From a virus, in the IMG/VR virus record IMGVR_UViG_3300028047_000001: a stretch of DNA of 42,844 nucleotides; one strand, written 5' to 3'. This document shows, piece by piece, positions 12,676 through 21,705 of this stretch; within the stretch, counting starts at the first letter, position 1; each line of letters starts with the position of its first letter. The notes below the pieces were generated by a model. It saw nothing but the letters and a program-made list of their open reading frames with translations. It was not told where the DNA came from and ran no database searches. The translations under genes were made by a program, and so were the position numbers.

Positions 12676-13034
12676 TTGCAGATCCAGAACAGTTTGACCT
12701 GGCCGTCTCTAGGATCGACCATATGCTGCCAGCAATTTTCATTGCTCCAGGCTTGCCCGGCGGCGATGAATGGCGTTTCCACCACGTTGCCAACGCCAGC
12801 GGCGACGGTACCGACGACCGCCCCAGCGGCATTAAACGGCGCGGCGAGCCACGACCCAAGGCCCCATTCAGGGGCTGGCACTGGCTGCTGAGCCGGCATG
12901 ACATGCCACCGCGGGGCCGGAGCATGGTGGTGGACAATAACCGGCGCTGGGGTGTGAATGACGACCGGCGCTTGCGCATATGCTGGCGAGATAGACGAGA
13001 GCGTCGCAGCTAAAGCCAAATATCTGAGTTTCAT
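12672..13034 (-). CDS. Exported small protein
   Basis: 120 aa with a signal peptide ending AYA|QA, a His/Pro-rich stretch (VIVHHHAPAP), and two C-terminal Cys. Confidence 0.55.
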   Translation of the reverse strand: MKLRYLALAATLSSISPAYAQAPVVIHTPAPVIVHHHAPAPRWHVMPAQQPVPAPEWGLGSWLAAPFNAAGAVVGTVAAGVGNVVETPFIAAGQAWSNENCWQHMVDPRDGQVKLFWICK

Positions 13035-13171
13035 TTCTTGCCCTTTTTCTTCCCGCCGCGCTTTTCGGAATAGGCGATCGCGACAGCTTGCTTTTGCGGT
13101 TTACCAGCGGCCATCTCCGTCTTGATATTGTCGGAGAAAGCCTTCTTGGATTTGCCCTTAGATAGAGGCAT
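13031..13171 (-). CDS. 46-aa polybasic protein (DUF6496-like)
   Basis: Below the ORF-track cutoff. Encodes MPLSKGKSKKAFSDNIKTEMAAGKPQKQAVAIAYSEKRGGKKKGKK. Coupled as TAATG upstream and ATGA downstream. Confidence 0.55.
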   Translation of the reverse strand: MPLSKGKSKKAFSDNIKTEMAAGKPQKQAVAIAYSEKRGGKKKGKK

Positions 13172-13374
13172 TATTTCTTGCCCTTCTTGTGAAAGCCTTT
13201 CAGCGTCTCGGCTAAATTAGCCCGTTTACGCTCCGTAGGATTTTTGGAATGGGTTGCCGCTTCTAGCTTCTTGGCGGGGATCTTCTCGCCCTGCTTGACG
13301 CCAAGTTCCTTATGGAGCGCGCCGGGATGCTTAATCGCCCCGGCGATCCATTTGCCGTCTTTTTTCTTAGCCAT
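13171..13374 (-). CDS. 67-aa polybasic protein (DUF3008-like)
   Basis: MAKKKDGKWIAGAIKHPGALHKELGVKQGEKIPAKKLEAATHSKNPTERKRANLAETLKGFHKKGKK. The pattern AIKKPGAL...KIP...RRA.LA is recalled from DUF3008-type proteins. Confidence 0.55.
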   Translation of the reverse strand: MAKKKDGKWIAGAIKHPGALHKELGVKQGEKIPAKKLEAATHSKNPTERKRANLAETLKGFHKKGKK

Positions 13375-13556
13375 TAGTAGCAGCCAGTGCTTTTAGCCGC
13401 TGGCATTTTCCATGTTGACCGCTTCTGATCGATCTTCGGCTGCCTTGCGACAGCGCTCTCGGATGCACCCGCGCGCCCGCTGCTTATCTTCGGGCTGATT
13501 GCCTTCCCCGTTCCCTTGTTGTGAAACGAGCCTTTAGTGCTTGCACCTTTAGCCAT
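13374..13556 (-). CDS. 60-aa basic low-complexity protein
   Basis: MAKGASTKGSFHNKGTGKAISPK... Starts with MAK like its neighbours, and its stop is coupled to the next ATG (TAATG). Confidence 0.45.
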   Translation of the reverse strand: MAKGASTKGSFHNKGTGKAISPKISSGRAGASESAVARQPKIDQKRSTWKMPAAKSTGCY

Positions 13557-13567
13557 TGCCTTATTCC

Positions 13568-13693
13568 CTATTTCTTGCCGCCCTTTTTCTTCGGCATGCG
13601 GCCTTTCTTGCCGTCCTTCGGCCCGTTATGGGCCGCCTTGATATAACTGTCCTTGTCCTTGTGCAGGCCAGCCGTGCCACCGTCCTTAGCCAT
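13568..13693 (-). CDS. 41-aa polybasic protein
   Basis: Below the ORF-track cutoff. Encodes MAKDGGTAGLHKDKDSYIKAAHNGPKDGKKGRMPKKKGGKK. It shares the MAK start and KKG(G)KK tail with its neighbours. Confidence 0.45.
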   Translation of the reverse strand: MAKDGGTAGLHKDKDSYIKAAHNGPKDGKKGRMPKKKGGKK

Positions 13694-13704
13694 TTCCGTA
13701 TCCT

Positions 13705-14052
13705 TTAGTATGGGAAGAGAGCCGCTGCGGCGATGAATGTCGCTTGCTGCGACGCGTTATAGCCGAGGGTCGCAAAGATTGACGTTAGCAGCGGACCCGC
13801 AATCTGCGTGAAGCCGCCGCCTGTCCATATCTCCATTACAGCGCTTTTCGGATCAGCCGGGATCGTCGCCAATATTGTGTCGAATTGGGAGATTGCCACA
13901 AGTTGCTGTTTGATTTGGCTTACAGCAAGCTGCGAAACGAGCGCATTGTAACTTATCGTGTAGGTTAGGCCGCTCTTGGTAACGACGATCGGGGCAACGC
14001 CTGTCACCTGGGCGGGGAATTGCGGGAGGACCTTTAGCTGAATGTTGCTCAT
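13705..14052 (-). CDS. Hypothetical protein
   Basis: 115-aa ORF with an ATGA-type overlap to the upstream gene. Confidence 0.5.
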   Translation of the reverse strand: MSNIQLKVLPQFPAQVTGVAPIVVTKSGLTYTISYNALVSQLAVSQIKQQLVAISQFDTILATIPADPKSAVMEIWTGGGFTQIAGPLLTSIFATLGYNASQQATFIAAAALFPY

Positions 14053-14471
14053 TGCGGGAACACGTTTCCGTCGTACAGCGGCAGCACGCCGACAAACAGC
14101 TGCTTTACGGTGTCGCCATTCTTCATGGTACAGCCTACGCCATAATAGCCAGCTAGAAGCTGCGCCATCACGCCCTGCGCTATGTTAATCGAAAGCACGC
14201 CATTTACAAGCGAAAGCTGGCCGGAGCCGTCTCCGGTCGTCGCGTTGATCGTCGGATTGAAGTTTATCACATTCCCAATCTGAATCGGCCAATAACCCAA
14301 GCGCTGGCTCTGATCGCCATAGCCGCGCGATGACCTCGCCCATACTTGGAGCGTCAGGCTGATCCCGTCGAGGGCGGTGTCGATAGGCGTCAGATCATCC
14401 GCGGCAATGATCGCGATATCCTCGCGCCACGCTTCCGAAACTGACACCTGATCGAAGTTTATTACGTACAC
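14049..14471 (-). CDS. Hypothetical beta-rich protein
   Basis: 140-aa ORF. No recognisable motif. Confidence 0.5.
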   Translation of the reverse strand: MYVINFDQVSVSEAWREDIAIIAADDLTPIDTALDGISLTLQVWARSSRGYGDQSQRLGYWPIQIGNVINFNPTINATTGDGSGQLSLVNGVLSINIAQGVMAQLLAGYYGVGCTMKNGDTVKQLFVGVLPLYDGNVFPQ

Positions 14472-14480
14472 CTAGCTATC

Positions 14481-15545
14481 CTAATTGCAGATGTTCTGCG
14501 CATGAAACTGCGGCGCGTAGGGCACTGTGCCCTGCGCCGGCATAAACTTTGGCATATTATAAACCGGCCTGGGATCTCCCGCGCATGGGGTAAAGTTGGC
14601 ATAGACGCTGCCGCTTGCATTGGTGAATACGACGCCTTTCGGGCCGCCCTGGCAGTCTGCCGCTCCCTTCGTGCATGGCCCTACGAACAGATAACCGTCG
14701 CCCGACGCCGGCGCGCGGCCTGTCACCGGGTCAGTGCAAATGTTGTCACTTGCATGGACATTCTTGAATGTGTTTCCTTTTCCGCCAGTGCCGTACGCAC
14801 AGAATGCGCCGTCGATCGCATGAAACACATTGACATTGCTGACGTTCATGTTGCTCGTATACTGATCGTTCTGAATGCCGCACGAGACGACCGTTGGGTT
14901 AATATCGTCGCTCGGATACCCTCCGTACACGCCGTCTATCAGACCGTTTTTTACGGTAATGCCGGTGCTGCGATAGCCATTGACTACATCGCCGCCTGTC
15001 TTTGCAGGGCCGTTAGGGGCACGGTAATTATAGAAATCATCCAATAAACCGTTGTTTGAATTTATCCATTGCACAAATGCGCCTGCACCATTCGGATCAA
15101 GGATTCCTGTCTGATTCGACCCTTCAATGCCCTGCAAGACTGACGGGCTGCATGAGCTAATTTCGATGCCTAGCGAGCCGCCGTCGACCTTGGTGTTCGT
15201 AACCCAAAACCCGGAGGCATTACGACACGCGATGTTCGAGCCAGGACTGGAGTACCCGACAACATGGGCGTTATGAACCTCTGCGCCGCCGCTTCCTTGC
15301 TGGAGAATGCCGACCGCGCCGTTTGAATGGTACACGAGCACGGTGTCAATCTTCACTCCAGAATGACCGTTCGTATTTATCCCAGCCACGCCGTTGCCGC
15401 TTACGGAAATCGTCATGTGAGTAAAATACTGCCCGTCAAAGGTCGCCGTTTGCGGCCCGACATAATTGCCGTTCGAAGTGCAATCTATCGCGAGGGCAAG
15501 CCCTGGCCACAGGCCGAAAAGAGCAAATGCAATCAGGTATCTCAT
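14481..15545 (-). CDS. Exported right-handed beta-helix protein (polysaccharide depolymerase candidate)
   Basis: 354 aa with a signal peptide (MRYLIAFALFGLWPGLALA|ID). Repeated short G/N/V-rich rungs (ISVSGNGVAGINTNGHSGVKI, VHNAHVVGYSS, VTNTKVDGGSLGIEISS) are typical of parallel beta-helix enzymes. Confidence 0.5.
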   Translation of the reverse strand: MRYLIAFALFGLWPGLALAIDCTSNGNYVGPQTATFDGQYFTHMTISVSGNGVAGINTNGHSGVKIDTVLVYHSNGAVGILQQGSGGAEVHNAHVVGYSSPGSNIACRNASGFWVTNTKVDGGSLGIEISSCSPSVLQGIEGSNQTGILDPNGAGAFVQWINSNNGLLDDFYNYRAPNGPAKTGGDVVNGYRSTGITVKNGLIDGVYGGYPSDDINPTVVSCGIQNDQYTSNMNVSNVNVFHAIDGAFCAYGTGGKGNTFKNVHASDNICTDPVTGRAPASGDGYLFVGPCTKGAADCQGGPKGVVFTNASGSVYANFTPCAGDPRPVYNMPKFMPAQGTVPYAPQFHAQNICN

Positions 15546-15551
15546 TTCACC

Positions 15552-16667
15552 TCACAGTTTCATATACCAAGTCCCAACCATTGTCGGCTGCAGAATAGTC
15601 AGAGGATTGCCCGTGCCACCACTCGCTACTGAGATTCCAGTTGTCGCGGCCTGGGTCTGTTGTCCGAATAGGGTGCCCGCAGTTTGGAGGCCGCCGCCAG
15701 CCGCCTGTACGCCATTTACTGATTGATCATATCCATGGGTATGCGACGGGTCTGTTACCGCGTGCGTGTGAGCGGCAAGATTATCAGCGGTTTGTACGAT
15801 ATTCTGAACGCCGCCGGTATTGCCGGCCACCGTCGCGTCTGGGAACCTGGAGGACCGGAACGATATTCCGGACGCCGAGCCAGCCGCTACGCTTGTTAAT
15901 ACCACAGTCAGGCCGGAAATGGAAACGATTGGCCCGACGGAGACTCCGTTGACAATCGCGCTATCGCCAACAGCAATCCCGGCCGCGCTAACCACTACGA
16001 CAGTAGTTGTCCCGTTCGTGGTGCATGTCGTGACCGCCTGGAGAACCCCGGCAGCTGTCGCCCCCATATCGTCGAGCCCGGCAGGCACAATGCCGCGCAT
16101 GGAAAGAATGCCGATTGCCTTATTGGCCGAGAAATCGGCGGTTGCGCTGGCGCCGCGCCCGCCCCCAACTGGACAAAGCGCATTAGAGTAATTGTTCCAC
16201 AGGAAGGAAAACAGCCCGGTCGTCGCGGTTCCGGCCAATTCGCTCGCGCCGGATAGCGACGAGCCAATCGTGTTGCCATTCATACGGACAAAGCCTTGCA
16301 TGATGCCAACCCGCGGCCGCCAAATAGGATCGCCAGTCTGGAGCACCATGTCCTGAGTGACGACTAGGCCAGTGCCCCCGCTTTGCGGGGGTGCGAAATT
16401 ATCGATATTATCGGCATCGCTCAGGAGCGCACCATTCTGATCCACGATCCGGCGCCGGTAGGCCCCATAGGGAATATAAATTGGCTGAAACACGCCATTT
16501 TGATCGGCAACAACTGGATTAGGAAGAGCCTGCGTAAAGGCATCATCCGCGAACACCACGAGAGGCGTTGACGTCCCGGCCACATAAAAGAACGCTTGCG
16601 CGCCGGAGGCAAACTGCCCATTGGCGGAGAATGTCGGGGTGGGCACTGGATTCCAAAGGAACGACAT
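15552..16667 (-). CDS. Tail fibre with C-terminal phage tail-collar domain
   Basis: 371 aa. The N-terminus (ANGQFASGAQAFFYVAGTSTPLVVFADDAFTQALPNPVVADQNGVFQPIYIPYGAYRRRI) is a common fibre/spike N-domain. The C-terminus (LAAHTHAVTDPSHTHGY...GNPLTILQPTMVGTWYMKL) is tail-collar-like. Confidence 0.7.
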   Translation of the reverse strand: MSFLWNPVPTPTFSANGQFASGAQAFFYVAGTSTPLVVFADDAFTQALPNPVVADQNGVFQPIYIPYGAYRRRIVDQNGALLSDADNIDNFAPPQSGGTGLVVTQDMVLQTGDPIWRPRVGIMQGFVRMNGNTIGSSLSGASELAGTATTGLFSFLWNNYSNALCPVGGGRGASATADFSANKAIGILSMRGIVPAGLDDMGATAAGVLQAVTTCTTNGTTTVVVVSAAGIAVGDSAIVNGVSVGPIVSISGLTVVLTSVAAGSASGISFRSSRFPDATVAGNTGGVQNIVQTADNLAAHTHAVTDPSHTHGYDQSVNGVQAAGGGLQTAGTLFGQQTQAATTGISVASGGTGNPLTILQPTMVGTWYMKL

Positions 16668-16801
16668 GTTAGCTGACTCTCATGCAGGCGTTTTATAAAA
16701 GTCTCCAAGTCATGGTTTTCTGCGGCGTCTCTGGCTGGTTTGATGGAAATATTTTCTATGGTCTTGCGGCGGCGTCTATCGCAACCGCACTCATATCATG
16801 G

Positions 16802-18523
16802 TTATTGATTCCCCTGGATGGCCTTCGCCGTCATGGCGGCAGCCAGCGCTCTCGCGCCCTCCCTGGTTCTGGCAAATGATCCGAGCTTGGTCATGACTTG
16901 ATTGCTAAGGTATCCCTGAACCGGCTTCGACATCAATGCCCGGCCTAGAATAGCGGGCGCAGCCACGGCCCCAATCGCGCCCTCTGGGCCGCCAACATAT
17001 TCACCGGCCGCCGCTTCACCCCCGATCCTGGCCAAACTCATTATGTTGGCGCGTGGCGCCGTCCCGGAATTTGGCATCGGAGTCATGACGGCAACGCCGG
17101 CGTGGGCTAGCTCAGCTAAATCCCCCTGTCCCTTCGCATAAGCCTTCCGGTTGTTCCCACTTGCCAGCGCCGTGCGCAAATTTGCTGGTGTGACGATTCC
17201 ACTGTTGGCCGCCGGGCCCGCGGCGCCAACTGCTTGGGCGATATCCTGGTAGTTCGCATACTGCCGTCGGACTTGCTTCCATGCTCCGGCATCCTTCGGG
17301 TTATTAGCGGCGATTGACCGTTCCATGGCGTCATCAAGCGCGTTGCGTATATCCCGGTAAGCCTGCGCTTGCGGCGGATCAGTCGCCCGAATCGCTTGCG
17401 CTTGGTTAGTCAGCCTCGACCGAGTTGCCTGATAGAAGTCGCCAGGAATTGCCTCGCCGGTAATTGCGCTGGAGAGCAGATCGTCAACGACTGCCTTTGG
17501 CCCTGGCGCGATATTCGCGGGTCCAAGCTTGGAGTTGTATTCGGTCAGTGCCTTGCTCAGGTCCTGCCCGAACTGTTTGTCAGGCTTTAACTCGTTTCGC
17601 GCGGATAGCGCGTCAAATTTCTTGCCAAGCGCCTCTCCGCCCGCGGCCATGACGTCAGGCGTAGCTAGCGGTGCCTCTATTCCTGCCCGCTTAAGGGCGG
17701 CCGCGGTAAATGCTTGTTGCTGCGCCGCCTCGATCTTTTGCGCGCCGCCGCCAGCGAATGGCAAATCAGAGATCGCCGATTCCGCCCATTGAAGCGGCTT
17801 GCTTCCGCTGACTTGCCCGGCCGTAAGAGGCACACCTTCCTTTTGCAGTGTGCCGACCATAGCCGCGCGCCCAGCGGATGATCCCATCGGAGTAATCGCG
17901 CTTAAGCCAGCCTGCCCAAGCGCTCCCGCAGCACCACCTATAGCGGCCCCCGTGGCGGCATTCTGGGCTACCTGCGGTACATTGGTATAGTCCGGGCTCG
18001 ACCCTGCCCCGTAGGCGCCTCCCTGGGCCACCCCAAGGCCTATCGCGCGAGGCACAGTGGTGGCTGCTCCCGGCAATGCCAGTGCGCCTATTGTCTGGCC
18101 CGCCAGCCGCGCATTTGGATCGGCCATATCTGCTTGGCGTTGCGCCGCTAGGTTGCCAGCATAATCGCCACGCTGGCCGCCAACCCCTGTTAACGCACCC
18201 ATTCCGGCCGCGATCCGATCTGCGGTCCCCATGGATAGAATATCAGCACCTCCGCGAACCATAGAATTGAGTCGATTGCCAACCGCTGCCGCAGCTTGCG
18301 GGATAGTTGCCTGATTGGTGCTTCCGGCTGCCTTGGCCGCAGCCAGGAACTGAGTTTCTTCATCCGGTGTCATTGGCCTGAGAGGCGGACGGGTGGAAGG
18401 CTGTGCGGTTGCGCCAGCTGCTTGGCGCAAATAGTCATATTGGTCGCCGCCTGATGGCGCGGGAGTTGGGGGCGCTTGCATTGCCCCGGCGGCTTCCCTG
18501 AGATAATCGAACTGATCGCTCAT
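16802..18523 (-). CDS. Ala/Gly-rich internal virion (ejection) protein candidate
   Basis: 573 aa. The N-terminus has the duplicated motif DQFDYLREAAGA / DQYDYLRQAAGA. It follows the large lytic-domain protein, as ejection proteins do in P22-like gene order. Confidence 0.4.
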   Translation of the reverse strand: MSDQFDYLREAAGAMQAPPTPAPSGGDQYDYLRQAAGATAQPSTRPPLRPMTPDEETQFLAAAKAAGSTNQATIPQAAAAVGNRLNSMVRGGADILSMGTADRIAAGMGALTGVGGQRGDYAGNLAAQRQADMADPNARLAGQTIGALALPGAATTVPRAIGLGVAQGGAYGAGSSPDYTNVPQVAQNAATGAAIGGAAGALGQAGLSAITPMGSSAGRAAMVGTLQKEGVPLTAGQVSGSKPLQWAESAISDLPFAGGGAQKIEAAQQQAFTAAALKRAGIEAPLATPDVMAAGGEALGKKFDALSARNELKPDKQFGQDLSKALTEYNSKLGPANIAPGPKAVVDDLLSSAITGEAIPGDFYQATRSRLTNQAQAIRATDPPQAQAYRDIRNALDDAMERSIAANNPKDAGAWKQVRRQYANYQDIAQAVGAAGPAANSGIVTPANLRTALASGNNRKAYAKGQGDLAELAHAGVAVMTPMPNSGTAPRANIMSLARIGGEAAAGEYVGGPEGAIGAVAAPAILGRALMSKPVQGYLSNQVMTKLGSFARTREGARALAAAMTAKAIQGNQ

Positions 18524-21500
18524 TGCGCTGGCGCCACTCTGGACGGATCAAGACCAAATCTCTGGAGCGCGCGAGCCGCGATGTCCGGCGTAATCGCCCC
18601 CGCTTTAAGGGCGTTGCGCACGTCTTGAACGACTCCGGCAAGCGTCTTGCCTGGAGGAAGAGACGCTCCGTTTGGCAGTTGATTGCCTTGCTGCTGCTGC
18701 GGTTGCGACTGATTCTGAGTTTGCGGCGTCTGCGGCCGTTGCGTTACACCTGGCGTTCCCTGGTTTGGTCCTGGCACAGCTGCAATGCTGGGGAATAATG
18801 TTCCTCTATTTTGCCCGCGCAGCGTATCTATATTGTTAGATATCTTTTCGAGCGCCGCCTTCGATTCTGGCTGAAATACCTGATATTGCTTCGATAGAGG
18901 CCCAAGGCCCACGTCTATCTCCCTTTGAAGACCAAGTCCTCTTGCGGGAATAAGTTCTGCCTCATTCTCGATAACCGAGGCCAGCTCTTTGGGAGACTTT
19001 GCTCCCTGGACATTGGCAAGAAACGCCTGCCGCTCCTGCTCGCCGCCAGGCGAGCCGGCATAGAATTTGGTTAGCTCCTGACCGTACCGAACCGCTGAAT
19101 CCTGAATCTTTCCAACGGCCGCAGCTTGATCGGTGGTAAGACCACGGATGTTGTTAATAGCACGCGCAAGGGTCGTCGATCCCCATCCATCCGAATTATT
19201 TAGCGCGATGGCATTGTCGCTCATCGTTGCGAGGTGCCCGATGCCGGTATTAAGAAATTGCATCTGACCGCCGAGTGAATTAGGCGTCGTGACGCTGAGT
19301 GAGTTTCGCATTGCCTTGCGCGCATTGAACATCGTGTCGTCGGCTGGCATGCCAATGTCGTTGCCATATTTCTGGGCAAGCAACTTGATTTCCTGAACGA
19401 ACCCGCCACGGCCAGTTGGCATTGTCTGGCCGCCAACATAATTCTTAACCGCTTGCTGGTAGGTCAACGGAAGCTGGCTAAGAAAATCATCGCCAGTTTT
19501 CGTCATGTCGACTGGCTGTCCGCCGACCATCGCGATATTCTGTCCTGTACTGCCTTGCAGCGCTGCTTGGCCTGGTGCACCGGCTTGGGCTGCCTGCGCC
19601 TGGTTTGGCGGCGAAACCCATCCACCAACCGGCTGACCTAAGGCGTCAGTGCTCGCATTCGGTACCCACTTAGGCGCGCGAGCATAATCAGGATGGTCTT
19701 TGGCGAACTGCCATTCCTGAACAGATGTCGGAAGCTTGGATGCCGTCGCTTTAATGACATTTGTATCGACCCCGCCAAACGGCACAATCTGCGGTTGTCC
19801 ATTCGTTCCAAGCCCGACAAACGCATGTTGCTTTCCGACCATATTGCCATTGGCATCGTTGACCGGGAATTCCTGAATTTTCGCCGTTCCCTCCTCCAGC
19901 TGCTTCTGGTAGTAGGCCATGGCCATTTGATTTTGAAGCTGCGCCGCCGCTTTCTGCTTCTCCATAATGTCCTGCAACTTCCAATGCTGGTACGGATTTG
20001 CCGCCATTGATTGGAGTTGCTGATCTGAATAATGGGGCACTACCGGCCCGGCCGGAGGCGGCGGCAGCGCGTTGACGCCCGGTGATGCCTGACCACCGGC
20101 GTTTTGGACGTATGGAGCAGCGGCACCAGGAACTGCATTCTGCGGCGCGGGCCCGGTTTGGATTGGCGCTTGAGCAGGGACAGCGCCAGCGGGCGCCTGG
20201 GCTACTTGCTGCGCAGGAGCCGCTGCCCCCATATTTACCGGCGGCGCGCCCTTGGCATAGGCGGCCAGCCATTCCTGCTTGCTAGGGAATCCCTCGGCGT
20301 CTGTCGCCTTGTCGATCGTAAGAGGCCCAGCCTCCTCGTACCCAGGAACTGTGATTGCTCCGCCCGGCGCGGCAGGGGCAGTTGGCGCGGCGCTCTGGCC
20401 TACTTGTCCTGGCGGCTTAAGCGGCGTCCCGGCCCATGCCGATGGCTGTAGGGTTCCAGGCGCATTAGGAACTCTCCCGGCGTTCGAGCTTCCTGGGCCA
20501 CCAGACATAGCTAGTTGCTGTTGCGCGCCTCCGGCGACATTAGGGTTGTATTCAAAATGCATGGTATCTTTTTTAGACCCATGCATATCGCCTCCCCACA
20601 CGAGGCTGTTCTTCGCGGCGAGATCCCGAATATTAGCCGGAAGGTCCGTCTGGAGTTGCCCATGTGTGACCGGGTTCTGACCTGGATTGATGTCGATCGC
20701 ATTCCCATAGGCATGTTCGGAAAGAGTATTCGTTCCAGCGATATCCCTTGGCGCATAGCTGTAAAGAGTTTTGACGTCGTATCCGGACTTCTGTAGATCT
20801 GAGAGGAAGTTCTGGAAATGTGGCGCCGCCTGCGCGTTAGCGGTAATGTTGTGACCCACGGCAGTCGGCACGGTCACCAAGTTCTCACCTGGCCCAAAGT
20901 CCGCATTATTCTTGGCCCAATTAAAAAAGGATGGCTGTGCCTGCTTTTGGCCTGTCGCTGCCTGGGGCACCCCAAACGGAGACGGCACGTCGGCGAACTG
21001 CGAATTTATCTTAGAGACGAATTGCGATGACGGCGCGCTCGGATCGCCTCGCACGATTTGCGCCTGACCTGCGACGGCTGGGCCGAGGCCAAGTTGAGCC
21101 GGGGTCTTGTCCGGATTGGTCAGGAGCGATATTGCTCCACCTGCCCCCTGCTGATGAGCGAGATATAACTCGCCTGCCGTTGGGGGCCTTCCAAGCGCGG
21201 ATGCGAGTTGAGCATTATTCGACTGCGTCAGCCGTTGCATCGCCGAAAAATTGTCAACCGGATTGTTAATATCACCTTGGCCGTACTGCTTCCATGTACT
21301 CGGCTGGAACTGGAATGTATTGGACTCGCCGTTTGGCGTCTCAATGCTTTGAGCGCGCGCGTAATAACTCGCCGGCCCGACTGTCGACTGATCCGGCGGC
21401 GGTAATCCGTGTGGAACAGCAGCCTGCGCCACTTGCGGCGCGACTGCCGGGTTAGGTTGCGGCTGTTGCTGATTCTGGCCGAACAGCCGCCCTAGCATTC

Positions 21501-21705
21501 CCTGCGCTTGTTGCTGGTTGGGATTTGCTGGGTCTTTCGCAAAACTCAGGATATTCGACAGAAACCCGTTCTGTTGCGAGGTATCGACCTGCGGAGTGCT
21601 AAGTTGCGCGGCATTATCCGGCATCGGCAAGGGCGAGTTTTGCAGGCGCAGATCCTTGAGATTCTGCGCGAACTGATTCCAGCCGGATAGATCGATACCC
21701 ATCAC
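18520..21705 (-). CDS. Large internal virion protein with lytic-transglycosylase-like and M15-peptidase-like domains
   Basis: 1061 aa. IETPNGESNTFQFQPSTW...ELYLAHQQGAGGAISLL is SLT-like. LSEHAYGNAIDINP...WGGDMHGSKKDTMHFEY matches the M15 pattern (SxHxxGxAxD ... D.MHFE). Long Gln/Pro/Ala-rich linkers. Confidence 0.6.
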   Translation of the reverse strand: MMGIDLSGWNQFAQNLKDLRLQNSPLPMPDNAAQLSTPQVDTSQQNGFLSNILSFAKDPANPNQQQAQGMLGRLFGQNQQQPQPNPAVAPQVAQAAVPHGLPPPDQSTVGPASYYARAQSIETPNGESNTFQFQPSTWKQYGQGDINNPVDNFSAMQRLTQSNNAQLASALGRPPTAGELYLAHQQGAGGAISLLTNPDKTPAQLGLGPAVAGQAQIVRGDPSAPSSQFVSKINSQFADVPSPFGVPQAATGQKQAQPSFFNWAKNNADFGPGENLVTVPTAVGHNITANAQAAPHFQNFLSDLQKSGYDVKTLYSYAPRDIAGTNTLSEHAYGNAIDINPGQNPVTHGQLQTDLPANIRDLAAKNSLVWGGDMHGSKKDTMHFEYNPNVAGGAQQQLAMSGGPGSSNAGRVPNAPGTLQPSAWAGTPLKPPGQVGQSAAPTAPAAPGGAITVPGYEEAGPLTIDKATDAEGFPSKQEWLAAYAKGAPPVNMGAAAPAQQVAQAPAGAVPAQAPIQTGPAPQNAVPGAAAPYVQNAGGQASPGVNALPPPPAGPVVPHYSDQQLQSMAANPYQHWKLQDIMEKQKAAAQLQNQMAMAYYQKQLEEGTAKIQEFPVNDANGNMVGKQHAFVGLGTNGQPQIVPFGGVDTNVIKATASKLPTSVQEWQFAKDHPDYARAPKWVPNASTDALGQPVGGWVSPPNQAQAAQAGAPGQAALQGSTGQNIAMVGGQPVDMTKTGDDFLSQLPLTYQQAVKNYVGGQTMPTGRGGFVQEIKLLAQKYGNDIGMPADDTMFNARKAMRNSLSVTTPNSLGGQMQFLNTGIGHLATMSDNAIALNNSDGWGSTTLARAINNIRGLTTDQAAAVGKIQDSAVRYGQELTKFYAGSPGGEQERQAFLANVQGAKSPKELASVIENEAELIPARGLGLQREIDVGLGPLSKQYQVFQPESKAALEKISNNIDTLRGQNRGTLFPSIAAVPGPNQGTPGVTQRPQTPQTQNQSQPQQQQGNQLPNGASLPPGKTLAGVVQDVRNALKAGAITPDIAARALQRFGLDPSRVAPAQ

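Noticed and set aside
16682-16879. + strand 65-aa ORF with TM-like segments starting in the 134-nt gap between the 573-aa gene and the tail-fibre gene
   Set aside because: It has no SD or promoter-like sequence upstream, and two thirds of it overlaps the C-terminus of a well-supported - strand gene. It would be the only + strand gene in about 33 kb. The gap itself remains unexplained; I saw no convincing promoter or terminator in it.
19751-20680. Alternative-frame and antisense ORFs within the 1061-aa gene (for example 19751..20272 and 20279..20680)
   Set aside because: They sit in GC-rich Gln/Pro/Ala linker regions where off-frames stay open, and their products are Arg/Gly/Ala-rich without start signals. 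The main frame carries the SLT-like and M15-like motifs.
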